A stretch of DNA of 25,764 bases, from the IMG/VR virus record IMGVR_UViG_3300042566_000740, positions 1 through 25,764 of that record, one strand, 5' to 3'. Positions 15,348 through 23,281 of this stretch are shown in pieces. The translations under genes and the position numbers were made by a program. The notes below the pieces were generated by a model. That model saw only the letters and a program-made list of their open reading frames with translations, was not told the origin of the DNA and ran no database searches. The first letter of the stretch is position 1. The number at the start of each line of letters is the position of its first letter. This DNA is from a virus. Taxonomy: Duplodnaviria > Caudoviricetes.

Positions 15348-17066
15348 CTAAATAGTACCGTTAAAAGTATCATTGCATGATGCGCTATCAGTTATGATAA
15401 GCTGTGCAGCACCTGTATTTATACTTTTTGTGTAGAAATTTCCATAAGTTCCAAAAACGCTATTTAAACCTATAACTTGGTCATTTGGCGCGCCATCAAA
15501 ACTTGCTGAATCTAAAACCCAATCAAGGTTAGTAAGGCTTGCACCTGTTGAAGGCGTTGAAGCGCTGTAAACATTGTAAAGTGTTTCAGTAGTAACTGAA
15601 AGCGCAACATCTGAACCAGTAGCAGAAACAATAACAACACTTGCAACGGTTGAATTACCGAAAACATAAATTGTTAAGCCTGTACCATCAAAACCACCTG
15701 CAACTGTGTAAATAGAACCTACACTTGCAAGCGCAGCTTGTGCAGCGGCAACAAAACCATTAGCACCACTTAAAGTTCCTGTATCAAAAGAACCGCCTAC
15801 GCTAAATGGCAAACCGTTAATTTGAATTGCTACAGCATCAGTTACATCGATTTCATCACCTGCAAACAATTCACCTGTTACAGATTTAGAATAGAATACA
15901 GCATTACATGCTACATCGCAAGAATCGGCAGATTCGCAGAAAACAGCATCAGTAGCAACAGGCGCACCTGCAGCACCGCAAGCTGGTTCAATATCGCAGT
16001 ATCCTGTATCAGCGCAAACAACTTCATATTTGAATACGTCAAGAACGCCATCAAACAAACAGTCATTTACGGCCCAACATTTAGGCATACCAACAACCGC
16101 CCAATTAGTAGCGAATTGAATGTATAGTTCGATTTCGTCATTACACTTAACGTAAGACATTACTACGTCATGCTCAATGCCTAACCATGGGTCTACAACT
16201 GTAGTGCGCATTTGGTCTTCAAAGTCATAAGTGAATTGACCTTTATTTTTTGCGTAAGTAACAAGTTGAAGCGCACCCGGTGCCATTGCAATAATTTCAT
16301 TGGTATTACCAAGTGCAGCAGGTAGGTTAGTATCGTAGTAAATTGAACGGGTGATGTCAAGTAGTGACGCGTCAAAACCGTTATCATTACCAGCTGCAAT
16401 AGCACGGGCTTTACGATATTGGTCAAGCAAAGTACCACCGATAAGAATCATTTGCTGTTCGATTTCAGCTTGTTTGCGGTCGCTATCAAGGATAGATTCA
16501 CCAACAGGGTTTATGCCTAAACCACTTGCAAGGAACAAAGGCAAAGACTTAGAAGTAACAGCAGGGGCGTTACATTCGCATTTAACGAATTGACCGATAA
16601 AGCCGTTATTAGCTACAACAGTAGAAACTTCTTTACCAAGTTTGTTAATGTGGTTTCTTAGAACTTCATTAACATAGCTGTTTTGATAATCGGCGCGGCT
16701 TTCTTTGATACAACGGATTAACTCATCGTCAATCTTAATTTTCTGAGAAACTGTCTTATTAGTAATTTCAATTTCATCGTAAAGCGGCTTAACAACATCG
16801 CCATCAGTTGGGCAATATTCAAGTGAAGTTGCATTAGATTCAGAAAGACGTGGGAAAAAACGGCGTGAAACTTTGTAAACTTTACCGTTACCTTGTTCAA
16901 CAGCCTGAACGTTACCAAGTTTAACTTGTGAAGCGGATTTATTAGCAGCTGAAACAAGCAATTGCAATAGTCCGATATTTGGCGATGGCATGGAGCGCAT
17001 ACCGCTGTTATTATTCAGCGAAATGTCTATAATTTTCCAAGCATCAGCTAATTTTATTGTTGACAT
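15348..17066 (-). CDS. Major capsid protein with C-terminal decoration extension
   Basis: Follows the scaffold gene, has its own promoter and a strong terminator; about 350-aa core, Cys-rich linker, then an A/G/S/T/V-rich beta domain. HK97 fold is inferred. Confidence 0.75.
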   Translation of the reverse strand: MSTIKLADAWKIIDISLNNNSGMRSMPSPNIGLLQLLVSAANKSASQVKLGNVQAVEQGNGKVYKVSRRFFPRLSESNATSLEYCPTDGDVVKPLYDEIEITNKTVSQKIKIDDELIRCIKESRADYQNSYVNEVLRNHINKLGKEVSTVVANNGFIGQFVKCECNAPAVTSKSLPLFLASGLGINPVGESILDSDRKQAEIEQQMILIGGTLLDQYRKARAIAAGNDNGFDASLLDITRSIYYDTNLPAALGNTNEIIAMAPGALQLVTYAKNKGQFTYDFEDQMRTTVVDPWLGIEHDVVMSYVKCNDEIELYIQFATNWAVVGMPKCWAVNDCLFDGVLDVFKYEVVCADTGYCDIEPACGAAGAPVATDAVFCESADSCDVACNAVFYSKSVTGELFAGDEIDVTDAVAIQINGLPFSVGGSFDTGTLSGANGFVAAAQAALASVGSIYTVAGGFDGTGLTIYVFGNSTVASVVIVSATGSDVALSVTTETLYNVYSASTPSTGASLTNLDWVLDSASFDGAPNDQVIGLNSVFGTYGNFYTKSINTGAAQLIITDSASCNDTFNGTI

Positions 17067-17178
17067 TTATTAAAAATTATTTGAATTAAAAAAAATTGTT
17101 TAGGCATTTTCCACGCTGCCAACTGCGTTCTGTTTTTTTTCTGTGCCTTAGCACCCTATTTTGTGAGAGGTCGTACTG

Positions 17179-17186
17179 CAAAGATA
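17179..17186 (-). promoter_or_regulatory. Bacteroidota -7 promoter element upstream of the capsid gene
   Basis: TATCTTTG on the - strand in the intergenic region, downstream of the scaffold terminator; no clear -33 TTG. Confidence 0.7.
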
Positions 17187-17238
17187 ATAAGTATTTATTT
17201 TAATAAAATTATTATTTTTTTATAAAATGTTTACAATT

Positions 17239-17264
17239 AAAAAAGCAGCCCCAAAAGACTGCTT
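17239..17264 (-). terminator. Intrinsic terminator after the scaffold gene
   Basis: AAGCAGTC-loop-GGCTGCTT running into TTTT. Confidence 0.7.
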
Positions 17265-17284
17265 AACAAACTATTTAACCAAAT

Positions 17285-18109
17285 TCAAATGAGACCGTTT
17301 TCCTGCATGTATTTTAAACGCGCTGGGTGTATTCCTGTTTTTGATTTTTCATCAATTTCAAATGTTTTTGTTTGACCGCCGTTTGATTGCTTTTCAAAAT
17401 TATATTCAGTTGCTATAATTTCAAATAGTGTTTCATACTTTAAATTTTCAGTTGGCTTAGTCGGATGCTTTACGCGGTTGCCATCTTTATTAACCCAAAT
17501 ATTCCCGTCGGGGTCAATTTCAAAATCCAAGCCACGTTCACGAATTTCAGCTTCTAAAATTGCACGCATTTCTTTAGGTGCTAATCTTGCATTTTTTACA
17601 GTTTCAACTAATGAACCGCGGACCTTTTCAATTTGCTGATTTTTAATGTAGCTTTGAAATTTGCCCTGTTCTTCTTTAATAGCCTGTTGCATTAGCATTT
17701 CTTTTTCAGTTAGTTTAGCGTTGGCAAGTTCTAACTGTTGCGTAAGCTGTTGAAGTTTTTGCGCATCGGCGGATGTATATTCCTGCTTTAGCTTTTCCAA
17801 AGTTTCTAATTGACTATTTTTTAAATCAGAAACAATAGTTTTAAACCTATCTTTTTTGTCTACTAATTCATATTTCTTTAGGTCAATAGCAAAAGCTTCA
17901 GCAATCTGTTTTTCTGTTTTCGCATAAGCGGCACCAAATAGCTCGGCGCTTTTAGCTTCTTCAATCTGTTTGCCGATTCGTTCCTGAACTGTTTTTTCAA
18001 GTTTAGAAACATAACCCGTAACAGCATCGTCAAGGCTAATTTCGTTCGATTCAAGTTTTTGAATCAGTTCGGGTTCTATACCCAATTTTTCTACAAATTT
18101 GTCAAGCAT
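17285..18109 (-). CDS. Capsid scaffolding protein
   Basis: E/K/Q-rich coiled coil, GGQT linker near the C-terminus, directly upstream of the capsid gene; start reassigned to ATG 18109 (MLDKFVEK). Confidence 0.72.
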   Translation of the reverse strand: MLDKFVEKLGIEPELIQKLESNEISLDDAVTGYVSKLEKTVQERIGKQIEEAKSAELFGAAYAKTEKQIAEAFAIDLKKYELVDKKDRFKTIVSDLKNSQLETLEKLKQEYTSADAQKLQQLTQQLELANAKLTEKEMLMQQAIKEEQGKFQSYIKNQQIEKVRGSLVETVKNARLAPKEMRAILEAEIRERGLDFEIDPDGNIWVNKDGNRVKHPTKPTENLKYETLFEIIATEYNFEKQSNGGQTKTFEIDEKSKTGIHPARLKYMQENGLI

Positions 18110-18467
18110 TTTCAGGTGTGTTAATATTAAAAAATAATTTAGTAAATTGTTCAAAACTTATACTTAGCGGCAATTCAAAACCGCTTTTTAAAATAACCTT
18201 AGTAAATTCATCACCATTTTCCCATTCTGATTTATAAAATGTTGCAACTTCATCAAGGTCAACAAAACAATAATCTTCAAGTTCATAAACAGTTTCACAA
18301 TCGGAACTATTGTTTTTAATGTGTAAATCAATTTCTTTTTTTATTTCAGCTGCCAGCTTATAATCTTCAATACTTACAGCATCATCAAATTCACTTTGCA
18401 ATTCTTCAAGTGTCGGCGCTTCGGTATTGTATTCTAATTGAATTACAAATTTATAAAATCTTGGCAT
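18102..18467 (-). CDS. UVR (UvrB/UvrC) motif-containing protein
   Basis: LEELQSEFDDAVSIEDYKLAAEIKKEI matches the UVR coiled-coil consensus (A...EDYE.AA.IRD.I). Confidence 0.7.
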   Translation of the reverse strand: MPRFYKFVIQLEYNTEAPTLEELQSEFDDAVSIEDYKLAAEIKKEIDLHIKNNSSDCETVYELEDYCFVDLDEVATFYKSEWENGDEFTKVILKSGFELPLSISFEQFTKLFFNINTPENA

Positions 18468-18468
18468 A

Positions 18469-18660
18469 TTATCTACGTTTATTTGCGCAGCCGCAGCCGC
18501 GTTTTGGGGTTACTGTTCTTTGAATAGGTTGTGCAGGTTCGGCAACGTGAATAGTACCTAAATAATTATAATTGCCCGTTTGTTGTTCTGCATACCATTG
18601 CGCAGGGGTGAACTGATATTCAGTACCTGTTGTTTTATGCTTTGCTTTTATGACTAACAT
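18469..18660 (-). CDS. Small hypothetical protein with KRGCGC tail
   Basis: 63 aa, tightly packed in the head module. Confidence 0.65.
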   Translation of the reverse strand: MLVIKAKHKTTGTEYQFTPAQWYAEQQTGNYNYLGTIHVAEPAQPIQRTVTPKRGCGCANKRR

Positions 18661-18666
18661 AATGTT

Positions 18667-19518
18667 TTATTTTTTCTGATAATTAGCCGACCGTACCGGG
18701 TAAGCTATATGCCTACAATTATAACCACCGCGATTTTGGCAAAAGTTTTCTGGCGTTGTATTTGGTATCATACCCGTGCCTTCATTTTCTGCAAATAAAA
18801 TTTGTTCTTCTAATTCCTCAAATAATATTAAACCTTTTTTACCGTTTTTATCATAATTGACCCATTCCTCACATTGCAATCGGCTATCCTTTACTAAACT
18901 GCCAACGTATAATAAGGCATCTAATTTATAACTTTTGCGCACCGCTTCGTTTACTATTCCATCGTATTGTAATAACGCGTCACGTGATGCCTGTAAACTA
19001 ATTCTTTTTAAAACGCCTTGACGTGCTTCGCTTGTTGTTAATTGACCTGCAATTGAAGTAACAACATCTGTAAGGCTGCTGCCCTGATTTACTGCTATTA
19101 GTAGTTCATTCTTAAGCGGATTTATTAAATTAGTATTTAATCCCTGCCCTTGCATTGCAGCAATTACATTATTAACAGCATAGCGTTTAAATGGATTCAA
19201 AAAACTTTTTGTAATTTCTAAGCCGTTTAGTTCCTGTTGCGCAAGCTGAGTATTCGCCCCTATTTCGTCAAAGTTTTCTAAAAAACCTGAAACCATTACA
19301 TTATAACCAGCCTTTTCTAAGAACCTATTTATAGCAGTTTTAAACGAACCTAAACGCGCTAAATTTTCCTTTGACCTTACTAAATTGCCCGATGTTGTTC
19401 TAAACTTACTAATCCAATCGACAACCTGTTTTACAAATTTAGGTTCTACTTTATCAAACCGCTTTTGTAAAATTTCTAATGCTTTTTGGTTAATTCTTTC
19501 GGGTTTATTGAAATCCAT
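18667..19518 (-). CDS. Minor head protein (SPP1 gp7 / Mu F-like)
   Basis: YVGSLVKDSRLQC and RGGYNCRH motifs; directly downstream of the portal. Confidence 0.8.
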   Translation of the reverse strand: MDFNKPERINQKALEILQKRFDKVEPKFVKQVVDWISKFRTTSGNLVRSKENLARLGSFKTAINRFLEKAGYNVMVSGFLENFDEIGANTQLAQQELNGLEITKSFLNPFKRYAVNNVIAAMQGQGLNTNLINPLKNELLIAVNQGSSLTDVVTSIAGQLTTSEARQGVLKRISLQASRDALLQYDGIVNEAVRKSYKLDALLYVGSLVKDSRLQCEEWVNYDKNGKKGLILFEELEEQILFAENEGTGMIPNTTPENFCQNRGGYNCRHIAYPVRSANYQKK

Positions 19519-21308
19519 TAGTTGTTATCTTCGTCGTTATCGTCGTTATTGTCTTCGTCATTATCCGAATTATCCGATTTATCCGAATTATTAAATTCAT
19601 CCATATTAACTTCGGGAACTACATTACTTGCAACAGCATCAAAACGTGGTGCTAACTTTTCATCAATAGCGTTTTTAATAGCTGTATAGTCATTATTCAT
19701 AATATCAAAGCCTTCATCATAATATAGTTCAGTAACAGCATCAAAAACGAATTGAGCGCTAATTGCATCCTTTTCAGTTATTTGGCCACTTGCTAAAAGC
19801 TGTACACGTTCATCTACTGTATAAAGATAAGCGCTGTTATACATAGCGCAAATGGTAGCTATTTGGCGTGCCACAGCATCGGCATTATATCGGCGGTCAA
19901 TATAGCTAATATATGATTCGTAACGTATAGCAGTCGGCAAACCTTGCTGTGATAGTGCAAATTCTGCCATCAGTTCCGTTTCGGTTTTTAGGTCAAAACT
20001 GATAGGCGGATTTACAAAAATATTGCTTTCAGTATCCATAAAAACAATAGCCTGAATAATACGCAAAACATCTTTATAACGCGCATAAACATCATCAGAT
20101 ATTTTACCAACTTCTATATATTCAGGTTCACGGTCTAATTCTTTTGCAACGCCCGATTGTGCAGCTTTTAAACTACGGTTTATGTTTAACACCTGTTCGG
20201 CTTTTCCTAATGCTTCGGTTGCTACTTTGTTTGTTTCCTGAATAGTCGAAACATCAGGGCTGTAATAGCGTATCGGTTCAACTTGTTGCTTATCGCTATC
20301 CCCAAATTTAGAAGTAGTTGGGTTTAAGTTATAAGCCGCAAGTGGTGTTATGCTTAAAGTTTTGCCATGACCACTACATGTTTTACATGTTATACTTGTT
20401 TCGTAATCATTAGGGTCAGGAACGCGGCCCACACCATTACAGCTGTTACAATCAACACCCTCAACAAATTTAATAGGAAAACACGTTGCCAGCATAACCG
20501 ATTTGTGCTGATTATCAAATATAGCAGCATCATTAAGGTAAGGTATCGCAGGGCTAAAATCAGACTTATAAATTTTAAACGTATTGCCATAAGTATCGTA
20601 TTTAGGAACAACGCGACCGCCTAAAGTAACCCATGGCATTATGCCGCTGTTATGTTCGTAAATAACTTCAAACATTGTTTTGTCACCGTATGCACGCGCT
20701 TGTGCATAAAACATATCGGTAACTATATGATAGTAAAAAGGATTTTCAATACCTAAGTTAGCATATTTATTTTTGCTTATGCCTTTATATATTAACAGTC
20801 GATATTCAGGGTCATTAAAAACAATTCTGTCAGACTGGATAACTTTCATGTCAACATTAACCCTTACATTATCTGTTTCAATGCCATCGCCTTTTGGCTC
20901 AATTAACAAAACGGCGTTAGGGTCCAAAACGCGATTAGGAATAAATACAGAAAATAAAAATGACTGCAAATTGTTTTCGCCAAACTTTTCATTTTCGGCG
21001 AATTGTTGCATGTCCATGTTTTCAAACCTAACAGAATGTTTAGCAGAACTTAGCAACCTATGCAGCTCAGTAATAGCCTTAACAAGTGGCGATTCTGTTT
21101 TAGGCTGATAGGTATTTTTTCTATAATTTAATATCTGTTCATCTTCATTTGGAAATGCCTTATCCAATGCAGGCGGCACTTCACCGTAAAAATGTGGCTT
21201 GATACTTTCATAAATACGCTTCCAATCCGATTTAAAAGGATGCACGGGCGGATTAAGTATTGTAGCACTTACAGAATCTAAAAATTGATAAAACTGTTCT
21301 AAGTTCAT
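19518..21308 (-). CDS. Portal protein with inserted DnaJ-type zinc finger
   Basis: 596 aa, upstream of the gp7-like gene; AQSGVAKELD motif, acidic tail, CNSCNGVG...CKTCSGHG insertion. Confidence 0.78.
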   Translation of the reverse strand: MNLEQFYQFLDSVSATILNPPVHPFKSDWKRIYESIKPHFYGEVPPALDKAFPNEDEQILNYRKNTYQPKTESPLVKAITELHRLLSSAKHSVRFENMDMQQFAENEKFGENNLQSFLFSVFIPNRVLDPNAVLLIEPKGDGIETDNVRVNVDMKVIQSDRIVFNDPEYRLLIYKGISKNKYANLGIENPFYYHIVTDMFYAQARAYGDKTMFEVIYEHNSGIMPWVTLGGRVVPKYDTYGNTFKIYKSDFSPAIPYLNDAAIFDNQHKSVMLATCFPIKFVEGVDCNSCNGVGRVPDPNDYETSITCKTCSGHGKTLSITPLAAYNLNPTTSKFGDSDKQQVEPIRYYSPDVSTIQETNKVATEALGKAEQVLNINRSLKAAQSGVAKELDREPEYIEVGKISDDVYARYKDVLRIIQAIVFMDTESNIFVNPPISFDLKTETELMAEFALSQQGLPTAIRYESYISYIDRRYNADAVARQIATICAMYNSAYLYTVDERVQLLASGQITEKDAISAQFVFDAVTELYYDEGFDIMNNDYTAIKNAIDEKLAPRFDAVASNVVPEVNMDEFNNSDKSDNSDNDEDNNDDNDEDNN

Positions 21309-21321
21309 TATATTTGATTTT

Positions 21322-21354
21322 AAATAGGGCGGCTACATTATAAGCAACCGCCCT
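21322..21354 (-). terminator. Terminator-like hairpin after the tail tube gene
   Basis: AGGGCGGTTGC-ttataat-GTAGCCGCCCT (11 bp with G-U pairs); weak U-tract (ATTT). Confidence 0.6.
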
Positions 21355-21367
21355 TAAAACTATCTAA

Positions 21368-22246
21368 CTATGGAGTAACAGTAATTACAAGTGAACCAGT
21401 AACACCCGAAGCATCATTAGCCGTTGCAATAACAGTAACTAAGCCTGCACCTGTAGCAGTAAGTAAACCACCTACGCTAATAGTAGCAGTACCCGTTCCG
21501 TTAACAACCGACCATGTAACAGTAGCATCAGTAGCATTTAATGGCAATACAGCCGCAAGCATTTGCAAAGTATTTCCATCCGCTACAGTTGTAACGTTAC
21601 CTGTTCCTGTTACAACAATCGAAGTAACCCAACATGAGTTATAAGATTGTGTCAATAGGAATGAAAGTTGCTGCTGAGTAAATGTACCAAGCTGTTCGTT
21701 ATATCTGAATTCAATTGTCCAGTAAGCATCGTCTTCATCAGTTTCTGCAATCTGATAAAACGGTCTTACTGTTACGTTTGAATACCAACCTAAGAAACGA
21801 CCATCGCAAGTAACAAAACCGAATTCATAACCCGAAGCATTAGCAGGGTTAGCTAAGAAATTGTAAAGCGCATCAATAGTAAAATCATTGTCGTTTTCAG
21901 CATCAGTAAGCGATACAACACGGCTTTGTTTTACGACTTCTTCCTGACCGCATGAGCCGCGTTTTTTAGTCGTAAATTCAGGCGCAGGAAGACCACCACT
22001 AATACGGCTACCATTAACGCGCCCAAAAACTTGTTTAGTTGCAATAGCAGTTTCCCACTCAGTTGAATCGGTAATATCACTAAATTCATAAGAGCATTTT
22101 TTAGCAAACCAACCTGCGATACCACCTGAATAAACAGTTGAATCGCATGGGTCGCATAGGTAGTTAGGTACGTTTTCATCATCCACGCATGGAGGGCAAA
22201 CACCGAAAGCGCCTAAAAAACCGTTAAGAAAAGAAATATTATTCAT
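21368..22246 (-). CDS. Putative major tail (tube) protein with C-terminal Ig-like (Big_2) domain
   Basis: C-terminal TLQMLAAVLPLNATDATVTWS...ATISVGGLLTATGAGLVTVIATA is a Big_2 pattern; about 205-aa beta-rich core; followed by a hairpin. Confidence 0.65.
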   Translation of the reverse strand: MNNISFLNGFLGAFGVCPPCVDDENVPNYLCDPCDSTVYSGGIAGWFAKKCSYEFSDITDSTEWETAIATKQVFGRVNGSRISGGLPAPEFTTKKRGSCGQEEVVKQSRVVSLTDAENDNDFTIDALYNFLANPANASGYEFGFVTCDGRFLGWYSNVTVRPFYQIAETDEDDAYWTIEFRYNEQLGTFTQQQLSFLLTQSYNSCWVTSIVVTGTGNVTTVADGNTLQMLAAVLPLNATDATVTWSVVNGTGTATISVGGLLTATGAGLVTVIATANDASGVTGSLVITVTP

Positions 22247-22287
22247 ATTTTTTGTTTTTAAAATATTATGTAAATGAATTCACGACC

Positions 22288-23241
22288 TCACCTACATTGT
22301 TTATTATCAATTCGACATCTTTTATCAAATGTCAGGTCCAACAAAAACATTCGGTTGTCTTCGGGTTTAGAATCATATCTAAAGTTTTGATACTGCACAC
22401 CATCTACAGTTACGTAATTGCCTCTCACAGCTTGTTGAAGTAACTTAATGTAAAACGGTGGAACGGCACCCGAAATAATACCGTAATTTTCTGTTATATC
22501 TTTACTAATAACTACATTTCTGTCATTTTCTACAATTGATTCAGTATCTCCAAAAAATTCTACATTTCCAAAGATTCTAAGCGAATTATAAAACGGTGTA
22601 TTATTAGAACCTAAATAGTTTGTCAAAGTTCCATAATAGTTACCGTTGCAATCATAATTTGAGTATGTACTATAAATCAAAGACGTGTCATTTAAATTGC
22701 CACAGCCTTCGACTTTTTTATAGTATTCAGTAAATAACCTTTTATCTAATTCAGGTTCTAAGGTTATCTGATTTATTTTGTAATAATCAATATACAATCT
22801 AAAACAATCCAAATCAGCAGGGAATAAACCCGTATTAACAAACCATGTTTGTATGCTACCCGTTGCAAGGCTTTGACCTACATGGTAACTATCTGAAAAG
22901 TCATCTATAAATTCACTTATTAGTGTACCGCAACAATCATACAAACTAACTACAACATAATGCGAAGTGCTTGTGCTTGTTTGAAATCCTGCCACTAAAA
23001 CGCTGTTAGGTTGATTGTAATTATCTGCAACTTGCGTTTGGAATGGTATAACATCACCCTGAACATAAGGAATATAAAACGGCAAATCAGAACCGCAAAG
23101 ATTACAATTCCAAGCATCGGTAGCGTTTTGCATTAAGTTACCCGGTAAAATAGGGCAGGCATACCGAATCGGTACGGGCTGCCTAAATGAATAGGTTCTG
23201 CTAATTTCAGCTGAATATGAAACAGGATAAATTACTAACAT
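22288..23241 (-). CDS. Putative tail/structural protein
   Basis: 317 aa from ATG 23241 (MLVIYPVSY); Y/N/C-rich; the track start at 23259 lies across a promoter element. Confidence 0.6.
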   Translation of the reverse strand: MLVIYPVSYSAEISRTYSFRQPVPIRYACPILPGNLMQNATDAWNCNLCGSDLPFYIPYVQGDVIPFQTQVADNYNQPNSVLVAGFQTSTSTSHYVVVSLYDCCGTLISEFIDDFSDSYHVGQSLATGSIQTWFVNTGLFPADLDCFRLYIDYYKINQITLEPELDKRLFTEYYKKVEGCGNLNDTSLIYSTYSNYDCNGNYYGTLTNYLGSNNTPFYNSLRIFGNVEFFGDTESIVENDRNVVISKDITENYGIISGAVPPFYIKLLQQAVRGNYVTVDGVQYQNFRYDSKPEDNRMFLLDLTFDKRCRIDNKQCR

Positions 23242-23248
23242 ATATTCG

Positions 23249-23256
23249 CAAAGATA
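23249..23256 (-). promoter_or_regulatory. Bacteroidota -7 promoter element
   Basis: TATCTTTG, 7 nt upstream of ATG 23241. Confidence 0.6.
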
Positions 23257-23281
23257 CAAATAAAAATTAAATTAAAAAATT

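Noticed and set aside
19520-19590. 9-bp tandem repeats (TTATCCGAA, TTATCGTCG) as a CRISPR or iteron array
   Set aside because: They simply encode the low-complexity D/N/S tail of the portal; no spacers.
9555-22443. Short alternative-frame or antisense ORFs inside the virion operon (9555, 13016, 13301, 15822, 16193, 16351, 16718, 19385, 20367, 20390, 20773, 21931, 22252)
   Set aside because: Almost entirely nested in long structural genes with atypical composition; none shows a convincing lipobox that would suggest an embedded o-spanin.
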